A stretch of 63,364 nucleotides of DNA, counting the filler. It is 3 parts of 3 records of this genome, joined end to end, with 100 filler letters (N's around TTAATTAATTAA, not from the genome) between each part and the next. Parts side by side here need not be neighbours in the genome. Positions count along the whole stretch, not along the records: positions 1 to 30,268 come from SRR22947725_2432; 2 more parts are not named here. One strand, written 5' to 3'. Below the pieces are notes generated by a model. It worked only from the letters and a program-made list of their open reading frames with translations, searched no databases and was not told where the DNA came from. Below are positions 11,201-21,674 of the stretch, piece after piece; the first letter of the stretch is position 1, and each line of letters starts with the position of its first letter. The translations under genes were made by a program, and so were the position numbers.

Positions 11201-11261
11201 GTAGTTATTGTACTATCAAAAGAAAGTTATTTGAAAAATAATTTAAAAAAAATATTATATT

Positions 11262-11738
11262 TTATTGATTACTCTCTTTTAGTGCTCTAGCTTTATCCAG
11301 TTTCCAGTCCCTATCTTTAATATCTTGACGCTTGTCATGTGCTTTTTTTCCTTTTGCAACTCCAATTTCAAGCTTTACATGACCCCTTGCCCAATATAAT
11401 TTTAGGGGAACAACAGTTGCTCCTTTTTGCGTAATTTTTTCCCTTAATCTATTAATTTCAAGTCTATTAAGTAGCAGTTTTCTAGTTCTAATTGGGTCAC
11501 ACTCTACATGGCTTGAAGCTGATCTTAATGGAGAAATATGGGCGCCAAAAAGAAAGAGTTCATTATTTTTATAAATGACATAGCTTTCTTTAATTTGAAC
11601 TTTATTCTCTCTAAGGCTTTTAACTTCCCAGCCTAGTAAACTTAGACCTGCCTCTAGACTTTGTTCGATAAAATAGTCATGCCTAGCTTTTTTATTTAAA
11701 GCAATAGTATTTGAATTATCTTTTTTATTTTTTGCCAT
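11262..11738 (-). CDS. smpB: SsrA-binding protein
   Basis: [39 protein letters not shown]; start placed at 11738 by comparison with the usual SmpB N-terminus. Confidence 0.96.
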   Translation of the reverse strand: MAKNKKDNSNTIALNKKARHDYFIEQSLEAGLSLLGWEVKSLRENKVQIKESYVIYKNNELFLFGAHISPLRSASSHVECDPIRTRKLLLNRLEINRLREKITQKGATVVPLKLYWARGHVKLEIGVAKGKKAHDKRQDIKDRDWKLDKARALKESNQ

Positions 11739-12168
11739 GCATCGTATTTCTAAAAGTGCAATTGTTCCATACACACCTCAGCAAATGTTTGAGCTAGTTA
11801 ATAATATAGATGACTATTCTCAATTTTTAAACTGGTGTGACTCTTCCTCTATTTTAAATGAATCTGGTAATCAAATCACTGCCTCAGTTCAGATTAATAA
11901 AAGTGGCTTTAAACAAACATTTACAACGATCAATACTTTAACTCCATTTCAGTCGATAGAAATGAAACTACTGGATGGCCCTTTCGATGAGCTTTCTGGG
12001 GAATGGCGATTTGAATCGCTTGGTGAAAATGCTGCAAAGGTCCATCTAGAACTTGAATTTAGCTTTAAATCAATGCTTCTCGACATAACAATCTCCCCTG
12101 TATTTAAAAGTATTGCTAACTCGCAATTAGACGCTTTTGTTGATAGAGCCAAAATAGTTTATGGCTAA
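11737..12168 (+). CDS. ratA: RatA/PasT (Coq10-like START-domain protein)
   Basis: [36 protein letters not shown]; usual position divergent from smpB. Confidence 0.9.
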   Translation: MHRISKSAIVPYTPQQMFELVNNIDDYSQFLNWCDSSSILNESGNQITASVQINKSGFKQTFTTINTLTPFQSIEMKLLDGPFDELSGEWRFESLGENAAKVHLELEFSFKSMLLDITISPVFKSIANSQLDAFVDRAKIVYG

Positions 12169-12691
12169 AGTCATAGCATTTAATAAACCATTTGGAGTGA
12201 TATGCCAGTTTAGTGGTGAGGGAGATACATTGGCAAATTATGTCAATATTCCAGATATATATCCGGTGGGTAGACTTGATAAAGACTCCGAGGGTTTGGT
12301 CATACTTACTGATGATGGCTATCTTCAAAATCGCGTCTCTGATCCGAAATATAAGAAAATAAAAACCTATGTTGTTCAGGTTGAAGGAGAGATAACAAAT
12401 GCCGCAACTTCTGCTCTTGAAAAAGGAGTTAAGCTTAAAGATGGAATGACGAAGCCAGCCAGTATTAAAAAAATTAAAGAGCCAGATTGGCTTTGGGATA
12501 GATCAAGTCCAATTCGAATAAGAAAAAATATACCAACCTCCTGGATTGAAATCTCGATTAGTGAAGGAAGAAATCGCCAAGTGAGGAGGATGACTGCATG
12601 CGTTGGCTTTCCTACTCTAAGATTAATAAGAATAAGCATTGATCAATGGAAACTAGGTAATATTAAAGTGGGCTCATATGTCTCTTTATAG
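12161..12691 (+). CDS. rluE: rRNA pseudouridine synthase, RluE-like
   Basis: FNKPFGVICQF, GRLDKDSEGL, EGRNRQVRRMTA, GFPTLRLIR. Confidence 0.85.
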   Translation: MAKVIAFNKPFGVICQFSGEGDTLANYVNIPDIYPVGRLDKDSEGLVILTDDGYLQNRVSDPKYKKIKTYVVQVEGEITNAATSALEKGVKLKDGMTKPASIKKIKEPDWLWDRSSPIRIRKNIPTSWIEISISEGRNRQVRRMTACVGFPTLRLIRISIDQWKLGNIKVGSYVSL

Positions 12692-13478
12692 ACTAGCCTA
12701 TGATGCTCTAATCTGCAATGATGTGAGTGAAAAAGTAATCTTAGCTAATAAACTTATTCATTATAAGGGTCTGAAAGATGCCCATCCAAAATGCAATATT
12801 AAAAAAATTTCAATTCCTGGTCGACCCCAAAAGCCAACCTTAGTTAATTTTAATGGAGCTCCAAAAAGAGATAAGTCTGAACTAGGCATGATAAAAAATA
12901 TTCATGCCATTTGTCACATTGAGTTCAATGCAATCAATTTAGCGCTTGATGCAATTTATAGATTTCAAGAGATGCCAATTGAATACTATGATGACTGGAT
13001 TAAAGTTGCCATTGAGGAATCCTATCACTTTACACTTCTAAGAAAATATCTTGAGAGCCTAGAATATCAATATGGAGATTTCGATGCTCATAATGGCTTA
13101 TGGCACATGACAGTTGAAACCGACTATGATGTATTGGCAAGAATGGCCCTAGTTCCAAGGGTTCTTGAAGCTAGAGGACTTGATGTCACTCCGAGCATCA
13201 AAAAAAAATTTAGAGGCTCAAAGTTCAACGAAATGGTTTCAATATTAGATATTATTTTTGAAGATGAAATTGGGCATGTAAAGATTGGAAACTTTTGGTA
13301 TCAATATTTATGCAAAAAGAGGAAGATTGATCCAATTAAAACTTTTGACCAGTTAATAAAAAAACATATTGGAACAAATTTACGTGGGCCATTTAATATT
13401 GAAGCAAGACTGCTATCAGACTTCAGTCAAAGTGAATTAGATTATTTAGAGCATCCCGAACTATTAATGATTAAATGA
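12678..13478 (+). CDS. Ferritin-like domain protein (DUF455)
   Basis: [35 protein letters not shown] di-iron motifs. Confidence 0.9.
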   Translation: MSLYRLAYDALICNDVSEKVILANKLIHYKGLKDAHPKCNIKKISIPGRPQKPTLVNFNGAPKRDKSELGMIKNIHAICHIEFNAINLALDAIYRFQEMPIEYYDDWIKVAIEESYHFTLLRKYLESLEYQYGDFDAHNGLWHMTVETDYDVLARMALVPRVLEARGLDVTPSIKKKFRGSKFNEMVSILDIIFEDEIGHVKIGNFWYQYLCKKRKIDPIKTFDQLIKKHIGTNLRGPFNIEARLLSDFSQSELDYLEHPELLMIK

Positions 13479-13908
13479 GTTCATCCATAGCCTGATTAGC
13501 CAAAAGATCAGCCATATCATTCCCAGGGTCATCACTATGACCTTTAACCCAGTGCCAGCTCACACTGTATTTCTGATTAAGGGTATCTAGTTGCTTCCAA
13601 AGCTCAACGTTCTTTACTGGTTTTTTGCCAGATGTTTTCCATCCTTTAGATTTCCAGCCATCAATCCAATCATTTATACCTTGGATAACATACTTAGAAT
13701 CTGTATATAAATCAATTGATATTTCAGATGCTTTCACTGCCTCCAGTGCCTTTATGGCTGCAGTTAATTCCATTTTATTATTGGTTGTATTCAGCTCTGA
13801 ACCTTTTAATTTTTTATCATGATCTCTATAACGAAGCCATACTCCCCATCCACCAACACCCGGGTTACCTCTACATCCACCATCTGTATAAATTACAATA
13901 TTTTCCAT
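13471..13908 (-). CDS. rnhA: Ribonuclease HI
   Basis: [34 protein letters not shown]. Confidence 0.97.
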   Translation of the reverse strand: MENIVIYTDGGCRGNPGVGGWGVWLRYRDHDKKLKGSELNTTNNKMELTAAIKALEAVKASEISIDLYTDSKYVIQGINDWIDGWKSKGWKTSGKKPVKNVELWKQLDTLNQKYSVSWHWVKGHSDDPGNDMADLLANQAMDELI

Positions 13909-13911
13909 TAT

Positions 13912-15684
13912 TTATTTGTCCACATTAATTTGAAACCAATACTCAAGTAATGCTAAGTGCCAAAGTCTAGAGCCATTCAATGCAGTCATATAATCTCTTG
14001 GTGAATCAATTACTTTATTGATATATTGTTTGTCAAAAATACCTCTATTAATGCATGCGCGTGATAGAAGTATATCAGACATAAATTCCAGAAATTCACC
14101 CTGAATATACTTCAACGCTGGCATTGGAAAATAACCTTTTTTTCGATCAATAACTGAGTCTGGCAAGAGCCCCCTTGAAATATCTTTTAATGGATACTTG
14201 CCCTCTTCTCTCATCTTAAGACTTGGAGGGATAGTTAGAGCCCATTCAACAAGCTCAGTATCCATAAAAGGAACTCTAGCCTCTAGCCCCCATGCCATAG
14301 TCATATTATCAACTCGTTTAACAGGATCATCGACTATCAACCGAGTCATATCAGTCCTAAACACCTTATCTATAAAAGAGTCAGCGCCAGGTTTAGAAAA
14401 TTCTTTATCTAACCAATTATGTGTGTGGTTTTCTCCTTGATATTGAGATGCAACAGTTTTTAAATACTCCTTATGTGGTCTATCAACATAGTGTCTAGAA
14501 AAGCGCTCAATGTCACTACCATTTTCTTTAGCCATTCTTGGATACCAAAAATATCCAGAAAAAGCTTCATCGGCTCCTTGCCCTGAAAGTACCACCTTAG
14601 TGTGCTTTGAAACCTGTTCTGATAGGAGATAAAAAGCGACAGCATCTTGACCGACCATTGGCTCAGACATATTCATGACTGCCTCTGACAATCTTGGAAG
14701 TACCTCTTGATTACTGATCTTATACTTTTGATGCTGAGTCTTAAATCGAGAAACAATTTGATCAGAGTATTCAAATTCACTGCCAGCCTCATCATCAATA
14801 TCTTCGAAACCAATCGAAAAAGTTCGAATATCTTCATGACCAGCTTCTTTAAGTAATGCCACAATAAGAGATGAATCAAGGCCACCAGAGAGTAAAACTC
14901 CAATTGGAACATCAGATGCATCCATCCTTTTTGTAACAGCTGCAGTCAAGAGCTCATGTGTCTTCTCAATATACTCTTGATCAGAAATATTCTCTGAAGG
15001 TCTCTTTGCGCTGGGGCTCCAGTATGTTTTCTCTTGAATTTGACCATCAGTATTTAAAATAATAAATGTGCCTGGTTTTAATTTCTGAATGCCATTAATA
15101 ATTGTATTTGGAGCAGGCACAACACCATGCAAAGAGAGTTGCTGCTGAAGAGCAACAGGGTTTATACTTTTATCAAGATCCTGCGTGAGAAGCGCTTGAG
15201 AGTTGGAAGCAAATGTAAACGCCTTACTAGAAGCATTAAAATAGAATGGCTTAATTCCCATCCTATCTCTTGCAATAAATAGCTTTTGAGAGGCTTCATC
15301 CCAAATTGCAAAAGCAAACATACCATCTAAACGCTCAAGACATTCCACGCCCCAGCAATGGTATGCCTTTATGATCACTTCAGTATCAGAATTTGAAAAA
15401 AAAATGTAGCCAAGACTAACTAATAAAGCTCGAAGTGATTTATAGTTATAAATCGTTCCATTAAAAACAAGTGTTAATCCAAGCTTTTCATCAACCATTG
15501 GCTGAGAGCCTAAATTTGATAAATCAATAATACTGAGACGCTGATGTCCAAAACCAATTGCGCCTTCAATCCATTTACCACTAGAATCAGGTCCTCGTCG
15601 GGCAAGTTTGGACATCATCATATCTAAAGACTTTGAAGAAACTTTTTTTCCATCAAAGCGAAATTGGCCGCAGATACCGCACAT
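13912..15684 (-). CDS. Asparagine-synthase-family amidotransferase, NAGGN amidotransferase (AsnO)-like
   Basis: N-terminal MCGICG, LLSGGLDSS, EPMVGQDAVAFYLLS, SGQGADE, DDPVKRVDNMTMAWGLEARVPF. Confidence 0.82.
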   Translation of the reverse strand: MCGICGQFRFDGKKVSSKSLDMMMSKLARRGPDSSGKWIEGAIGFGHQRLSIIDLSNLGSQPMVDEKLGLTLVFNGTIYNYKSLRALLVSLGYIFFSNSDTEVIIKAYHCWGVECLERLDGMFAFAIWDEASQKLFIARDRMGIKPFYFNASSKAFTFASNSQALLTQDLDKSINPVALQQQLSLHGVVPAPNTIINGIQKLKPGTFIILNTDGQIQEKTYWSPSAKRPSENISDQEYIEKTHELLTAAVTKRMDASDVPIGVLLSGGLDSSLIVALLKEAGHEDIRTFSIGFEDIDDEAGSEFEYSDQIVSRFKTQHQKYKISNQEVLPRLSEAVMNMSEPMVGQDAVAFYLLSEQVSKHTKVVLSGQGADEAFSGYFWYPRMAKENGSDIERFSRHYVDRPHKEYLKTVASQYQGENHTHNWLDKEFSKPGADSFIDKVFRTDMTRLIVDDPVKRVDNMTMAWGLEARVPFMDTELVEWALTIPPSLKMREEGKYPLKDISRGLLPDSVIDRKKGYFPMPALKYIQGEFLEFMSDILLSRACINRGIFDKQYINKVIDSPRDYMTALNGSRLWHLALLEYWFQINVDK

Positions 15685-15815
15685 AAAATTAAACCCTAAA
15701 GCGTAAAAACTAAAATAAATTTAATATCCAACATATAGACACTTTTGATTATTTCTATAATGAAGGTTATCTTAGAAATGTAAAATAGTCATTTTATCAA
15801 GTATTGTTATCAATA

Positions 15816-17219
15816 ATGCCTCAAACACTCTACGATAAACTAATGAGCGCCCATAAAGTTTTAGAACAAGATGGTTCAACGCTTATCTATATTGATCGTC
15901 AACTAATTCATGAAGTTACTTCTCCCCAAGCTTTTGAGGGTTTAACCTTAGCAGGTAGAAAAATCTGGCGTAAAAAAGCAAATCTAGCTGTCCCAGATCA
16001 CAATGTTCCCACAACTGATAGATCAAGCGGAGTGAGTAGCATTACTGATCCAATTTCTAGACTTCAGGTTGAAACTTTAGATAAAAACTGTGAGTCATTT
16101 GATATTAACGAAATTCAAATGAATGATATCCGTCAAGGCATAGTTCATGTAATTGGTCCTGAACAAGGGGCAACTCTACCTGGCATGAGTATTGTTTGCG
16201 GTGACTCTCATACGACAACCCATGGTGCACTTGGAGCTTTAGCATTTGGCATTGGAACTTCTGAAGTTGAACATGTTTTAGCGACTGGTTGTCTATGGCA
16301 AAACAAAGCAAAAAATATGAAAATAGAAATTAATGGTGACTTAGGTATTGATGTTACTGCCAAAGACATTGCACTTTATGTCATTGGAAAAATTGGAACT
16401 GCAGGTGGAACAGGATTTGCAATAGAGTTCTGTGGATCAACAATTGAAAATATGAGCATCGAAGGAAGAATGACGCTTTGTAATATGTCAATTGAAGCAG
16501 GAGCAAAGGTTGGACTGGTGGCAGTTGATAATAAAACAATTGATTATGTAGAGGGCAGACCGTTTTCACCGACAGGTGAAAACTGGCAACTAGCCCTTGA
16601 GTATTGGCAAACTCTTCATAGTGACAGTGGATCTCATTTTGATGAGTCTATATTGATTGATGCAAGTCTCATTAAACCTCAAGTCACTTGGGGAACATCT
16701 CCAGAAATGGTTGTTGATATAAACGGATCAACACCTGATCCTAAAAATGAAAAAGATGCTGTAAAGGCAGATAGTATAAGAACTGCTCTTGAATATATTC
16801 ACTTAAAACCGAATACTGCAATGAGTTCAGTAACCATAGATAAAGTGTTTATTGGATCTTGCACAAATTCTAGGATAGAAGATTTAAGAATTGCTGCTTC
16901 AGTTGCGAAGGGTAAAAAAATTGCAAATAATATTAAATTAGCGCTTGTCGTTCCAGGCTCTGGACTTGTAAAAAAACAAGCTGAAGAAGAGGGTCTTGAT
17001 CTAATTTTCAAAGATGCTGGATTTGAATGGCGAGAGCCAGGCTGCTCCATGTGTCTTGCAATGAATGCAGATAAATTAGAAGTTGGTGAGAGGTGTGCAA
17101 GCACATCTAATAGAAATTTTGAAGGGCGTCAAGGTCAAGGCTCTTTTACACATCTTGTAAGCCCTGCTATTGCAGCAGCTAGTGCAATTGCTGGCCATTT
17201 TTCTGGAGTAAGCTCATGA
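15816..17219 (+). CDS. leuC: 3-isopropylmalate dehydratase large subunit
   Basis: [43 protein letters not shown]. Confidence 0.98.
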   Translation: MPQTLYDKLMSAHKVLEQDGSTLIYIDRQLIHEVTSPQAFEGLTLAGRKIWRKKANLAVPDHNVPTTDRSSGVSSITDPISRLQVETLDKNCESFDINEIQMNDIRQGIVHVIGPEQGATLPGMSIVCGDSHTTTHGALGALAFGIGTSEVEHVLATGCLWQNKAKNMKIEINGDLGIDVTAKDIALYVIGKIGTAGGTGFAIEFCGSTIENMSIEGRMTLCNMSIEAGAKVGLVAVDNKTIDYVEGRPFSPTGENWQLALEYWQTLHSDSGSHFDESILIDASLIKPQVTWGTSPEMVVDINGSTPDPKNEKDAVKADSIRTALEYIHLKPNTAMSSVTIDKVFIGSCTNSRIEDLRIAASVAKGKKIANNIKLALVVPGSGLVKKQAEEEGLDLIFKDAGFEWREPGCSMCLAMNADKLEVGERCASTSNRNFEGRQGQGSFTHLVSPAIAAASAIAGHFSGVSS

Positions 17220-17830
17220 AAAAATTTAGCTCAATTAACTCAATTGCTATGCCACTTGATCGTGCTAATATTGATACAGATGCAATTATTCCAAAACAAT
17301 TTCTAAAATCAATTAAAAGAAGTGGTTTTGGTCCAAATCTATTTGATGAATGGCGCTATCTTGATCATGGTGAGCCTGGCATGGATAATTCAATCCGTCC
17401 AATTAATCCAGACTTTGTTTTAAACAACCCAACGTACTCTGGTGCACAAATATTATTAACAAGGCGCAACTTTGGATGTGGCTCTTCTAGAGAACATGCA
17501 CCTTGGGCTTTAGAAGATTATGGCTTTAGAGCAATTATTGCCCCTAGTTTTGCTGATATATTCTATAACAATTGTTTTAAGAATGGTGTTCTTCCAATAG
17601 TATTGAGTAGTGAAATTGTTGATAGCTTATTCAGTTATTCAGGACTTATAAATATTGACCTAGAAAAGCAAATTGTAAAGATTGATCAAAATTCGTTTGA
17701 ATTTGAGGTGGACCCTGAAAGAAAGCGAAGACTAATCAATGGACTCGATGATATTGGTTTAACATTACAGAACGAAAATCAAATTTGCATATTTGAAACA
17801 GCGCATTTTGCGAAATACCCCTGGCTATGA
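17216..17830 (+). CDS. leuD: 3-isopropylmalate dehydratase small subunit
   Basis: [28 protein letters not shown]. Confidence 0.98.
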   Translation: MKKFSSINSIAMPLDRANIDTDAIIPKQFLKSIKRSGFGPNLFDEWRYLDHGEPGMDNSIRPINPDFVLNNPTYSGAQILLTRRNFGCGSSREHAPWALEDYGFRAIIAPSFADIFYNNCFKNGVLPIVLSSEIVDSLFSYSGLINIDLEKQIVKIDQNSFEFEVDPERKRRLINGLDDIGLTLQNENQICIFETAHFAKYPWL

Positions 17831-18420
17831 TTGGACATCTAAAAGGAACAATTATCAGTAAGAATCCACCCGAGGTAATTCTTGAGGTTGGTGGTATTGG
17901 ATATGAAGTACTTTGCCCAATGTCCACATTCTATCAACTTGATAATTTATCTGAGGATGTTTTATTATTTACTCATCTCAGTATTAAAGAGGATGGGCAC
18001 ACTTTATTCGGCTTTGTTACTAAAGATGAAAAAAATATTTTTAGAGAGTTAATACGAGTGAATGGTGTTGGCCCTAAAGTCGCTCTAGCTATTCTCTCTC
18101 ATTTAACTGTCAAATCTTTAATTGAGTGTATCTCAACAGAAGATGCGGACCTTCTTGCAAAAACTCCAGGAATTGGTAAAAAAACTGCCCTTAAGCTCAT
18201 CGTTGAACTACAAGACAGACTTGTTAAGTTAGAATTAGTTGGAAGCCCAGAAGCCACTAATCAGATGGATCAAAGAAATAACCCTAATTCTAAACAGGCT
18301 ATAGAGGCGCTTCAATCTCTTGGCTTTAAAACAAAAGAAGCCAATAGAATGGTTTCAAAAATTGATGACCAAGATCTTTCAACTGAGCAATTGATTCGCT
18401 TAGCACTTCAAAATAAATAA
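17827..18420 (+). CDS. ruvA: Holliday junction branch migration protein RuvA
   Basis: [31 protein letters not shown] HhH motifs. Confidence 0.97.
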   Translation: MIGHLKGTIISKNPPEVILEVGGIGYEVLCPMSTFYQLDNLSEDVLLFTHLSIKEDGHTLFGFVTKDEKNIFRELIRVNGVGPKVALAILSHLTVKSLIECISTEDADLLAKTPGIGKKTALKLIVELQDRLVKLELVGSPEATNQMDQRNNPNSKQAIEALQSLGFKTKEANRMVSKIDDQDLSTEQLIRLALQNK

Positions 18421-21400
18421 TTAAGCTGTAGTTTTCTTCCTAGAAAACTTAGCTCTTATCCTTCCAAGCATATTGATAAAGTCATAGTTCATCATGTACA
18501 TACATGGAAGCAAGATTAAAGTTAAAACTGTTCCAAATATTAGGCCATAACCAAGTGCAAGAACCATTGGCTGCAAGAATACATCTGTACCACCAATACC
18601 ATATGCAAGTGGCAATACACCAGCCATCGTCGTTAAAGTAGTTAATACTACCGCTCTAAGACGATCTCTAGAACCTCGCGCTATCCAGACGATTTTGTCT
18701 TCAAGTTCTGCGCTCTTTGCTTTGATATAGTTTAAGTGACTTACCATTACTAAAGAGTCATTTACAATTACTCCCATTAAGGCTAATGAGCCTGTCAATG
18801 CAAAGAAACTTAGTGGCTCACCATGAAAATAAAATGCCCAAACAACTCCAATTAAAGAAAATGGAACTGCAGCTAATACAAGCATTGGCTGTGAATATGA
18901 GTTAAAGAGTATTGCCAATAAAAGATAAATGCCGCATATTGCAACAACGAAAGCCCGCAGAAAATCTTGAAGCGAATCTATAGACTCTTGCGCCCCTCCA
19001 GCAGTAATAATTGAAACTTGTGGATAATCAACTGCAGCATTGAGCTCTTTTAATGCCTGCGCTAATATTATTGTCTTAGAAGGTGGTCGTCCCCCTCTTG
19101 CTTTTGGAGCTCCTTCAGGTTTTTGATCTAGGGATTGGAGTTCACCAGTATTTTGATTTTCACTTTGATCTTTCTGAGCACTACTCGGCCTTCCTCTAGG
19201 GCGCCCATCAGCAATACTTGCAGTAACTTTTATAGAGCGATCACCATCTAAATGGTTATAGTCAGGCTCACCAGCAATCTCTCGTAGACTTGAAAACTGG
19301 CTCATTGGGATTGAGTTGCCTTGACGATTTTTAACTGAAGTATTTTTAATAAAGTTTTCAGTGTAATCATTCTCACCAATATAAATCCTAATATCCTCAT
19401 CCTTCCCAGCAATTGTTGCATCAGTCACATATGACCCTGAAAAAGCAGTCCTAAGATGACGATATACAGAAGAATAATCAACACCTAAACGCGCCATCTC
19501 ATCGAAATCAAGTACTGTTTCAATTCTAGGCTTTCCAATCTCATCGTTACGATTGATATTGTCAACACCCTTAATTGTTTTTAGAATCTCTTCAAGTCTA
19601 TCGGCAGCAAGAGCTCTCTGAGAATCATTATCAGATACAAGAGTTACCTCAATATCTGCGCCCTGAGGTGGTCCAGGTCTAAGTAATGAAATTTTAATTT
19701 CTTCAGCACCTTCAACACTCTTGACTAATTCTTTAAGTTTTTCTTGCATATCTTCTGCAGTTCTCTCACGATCACTTGTAGGGGATAGAGCAATTTCAAT
19801 ATCCGCCTTATTTGTAAAGTAGGCACCAACTTTACTAGTGTAAGACTTGAGATCATCACCAATCTCGCTAACAATTAGATTTTCAACGTCAATAACAATA
19901 TTCTCGGTGTAAGAGGCTGAGCTTCCATTAGGTGCTTCAATGTTAGCAAACATTACTGTTGCACCCCTTGAAGGAAATAAATTAAATGGGATATTTTTCA
20001 TTGCAAACATTGCTGAATAAACAAGTAAGGCAATAAAAATAGGAACAATTAAGTAGCGCCATCTTAGAAAACGGTGCATGCATTTATTGTAGAAATTTTC
20101 AACAGGTATAAACCAGGTTTTTTGTTTTCCACTTTTATTTGGAGTTGCTAAATGAGCAGGCAAAGCAAAAGTAATTTCAAGAAATGATATTGCAAGAGCG
20201 AAAATTACGACTACAGGAAGTACATAAATAAATTTTCCTAAGACTCCACCCATTAAGAAAAAAGAAGACATGACAAGCATAGTTGAAATAATCGTTGTAA
20301 TTACAGGCAAAATGACTCGCTTTAAACCTGTTACTACATTTTTGTATAGACTCCCTTCTTTGGATTTGTAATGATGAATACTCTCAGCAATGACGATGCT
20401 ATCATCCACAACGATACCAAGAACAAGGATAAACCCAGAAAGTGAAATAAGATTTATCGTATTACCTGTTAGACCGAGCCCAAATACTGTTCCTAGCAGT
20501 GTCACTGGAATACTCACAGCAACCCAAAATGCTGTCTTAATCGAAAGGAAGATGCCCAAAACAACTAAAACTAATGCAAGGCCAATATAGCCATTTTTAA
20601 TAATAATATCGAGTCTATTTTCAACTGCCTCTGATGAGTCATCCGTATAAAAAATATTGATATCTTCTGGAATATTAACTTGAATCTCTGAAACTTTTTC
20701 TCTTACTCTTTTAACTGTTCTAATAATATCCGCTTGAGCCTGTTTTCTAACCTGGAGGACAAAACCTTTAGTTCCATTAACTCGCGTAATGGACATTTCT
20801 TCTTCTTGTCCTCTAAAAACCTCAGCAATATCACCCAACCTAATAACTGGTCCATCAAAACTTGACTTTATGACTACATTTTTAATATCATCAATACTCT
20901 CAAATTCAGAGAGAATTACAATGTTTTTCTCAAGACTCTCTTGATTATTTCCACCTACAGTAAAACGTGCATTTCGACTTGAGATTGCAGCTATAACCTC
21001 ATTAATAGACATATTAAATTTATCAAGCTTAACAGGATTAACCTTTATCTGTATTTCACTTTCAAGGTAACTTGGATTATCAACTGCAGCAACACCTTTA
21101 ATCCTAGACAATGAAACCTGAAGTTCATCTGTAATTTGCCTCGCCTGATCAAAATTTCCCGATGTACTGTCAATATTGACAGTAATAACTGGAAAGTCAC
21201 TGACATTAAAGTCGACAACTGCAGGTAAGTCTGTAACTTCTTCAGGAAATGATTTGACACGGTTTACTGCATTCCGAACATCATTCTTAACAGTGGTGAC
21301 ATCTTTTAAGTCTGCTTCAAGTGTAACAATAATCGATGAAAGTCCTTCTCGAGACGAAGATGTAATTTCTTTAATTCCACTGACGCCCAATAATTCGTCT

Positions 21401-21606
21401 TCAATAATATTTGTCACTTTTTTCTCTACATCCTCTGGAGAAGCCCCAGGATAAGCTGTAGTGACACTAAGAACTTCAAAGTCAACCGTAGGGAACTGAT
21501 CTCTCTGCATCCCAACCACTGATAAAATTCCAATTGCAATGAAGGCAAGAGAAAATACAATTGCAAACTTTTTTTGTTTGACTAAAAACTCTAAAAATGC
21601 TTCCAT
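18421..21606 (-). CDS. RND efflux transporter permease (AcrB family)
   Basis: YPGASPEDVE, GIVVDDSIV, RLRAVVLTTLTT; two large periplasmic loops, about 12 TM segments. Confidence 0.92.
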   Translation of the reverse strand: MEAFLEFLVKQKKFAIVFSLAFIAIGILSVVGMQRDQFPTVDFEVLSVTTAYPGASPEDVEKKVTNIIEDELLGVSGIKEITSSSREGLSSIIVTLEADLKDVTTVKNDVRNAVNRVKSFPEEVTDLPAVVDFNVSDFPVITVNIDSTSGNFDQARQITDELQVSLSRIKGVAAVDNPSYLESEIQIKVNPVKLDKFNMSINEVIAAISSRNARFTVGGNNQESLEKNIVILSEFESIDDIKNVVIKSSFDGPVIRLGDIAEVFRGQEEEMSITRVNGTKGFVLQVRKQAQADIIRTVKRVREKVSEIQVNIPEDINIFYTDDSSEAVENRLDIIIKNGYIGLALVLVVLGIFLSIKTAFWVAVSIPVTLLGTVFGLGLTGNTINLISLSGFILVLGIVVDDSIVIAESIHHYKSKEGSLYKNVVTGLKRVILPVITTIISTMLVMSSFFLMGGVLGKFIYVLPVVVIFALAISFLEITFALPAHLATPNKSGKQKTWFIPVENFYNKCMHRFLRWRYLIVPIFIALLVYSAMFAMKNIPFNLFPSRGATVMFANIEAPNGSSASYTENIVIDVENLIVSEIGDDLKSYTSKVGAYFTNKADIEIALSPTSDRERTAEDMQEKLKELVKSVEGAEEIKISLLRPGPPQGADIEVTLVSDNDSQRALAADRLEEILKTIKGVDNINRNDEIGKPRIETVLDFDEMARLGVDYSSVYRHLRTAFSGSYVTDATIAGKDEDIRIYIGENDYTENFIKNTSVKNRQGNSIPMSQFSSLREIAGEPDYNHLDGDRSIKVTASIADGRPRGRPSSAQKDQSENQNTGELQSLDQKPEGAPKARGGRPPSKTIILAQALKELNAAVDYPQVSIITAGGAQESIDSLQDFLRAFVVAICGIYLLLAILFNSYSQPMLVLAAVPFSLIGVVWAFYFHGEPLSFFALTGSLALMGVIVNDSLVMVSHLNYIKAKSAELEDKIVWIARGSRDRLRAVVLTTLTTMAGVLPLAYGIGGTDVFLQPMVLALGYGLIFGTVLTLILLPCMYMMNYDFINMLGRIRAKFSRKKTTA

Positions 21607-21674
21607 AAATTACAATATAAATAGGTCAAAAAGATTGCATTATATAGTTGTCGCATGAAGAAATAGTGGAGACT

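Noticed and set aside
11082-11261. tmRNA (ssrA) expected downstream of smpB
   Set aside because: The gap is only 180 bp and lacks the tRNA-like GGGG...TTCGA 5' end and CCA 3' end
11737-12168. RatA as a toxin-antitoxin module
   Set aside because: No ratB/rnfH partner follows it here, and the family is a Coq10-like lipid-binding protein in a conserved housekeeping position
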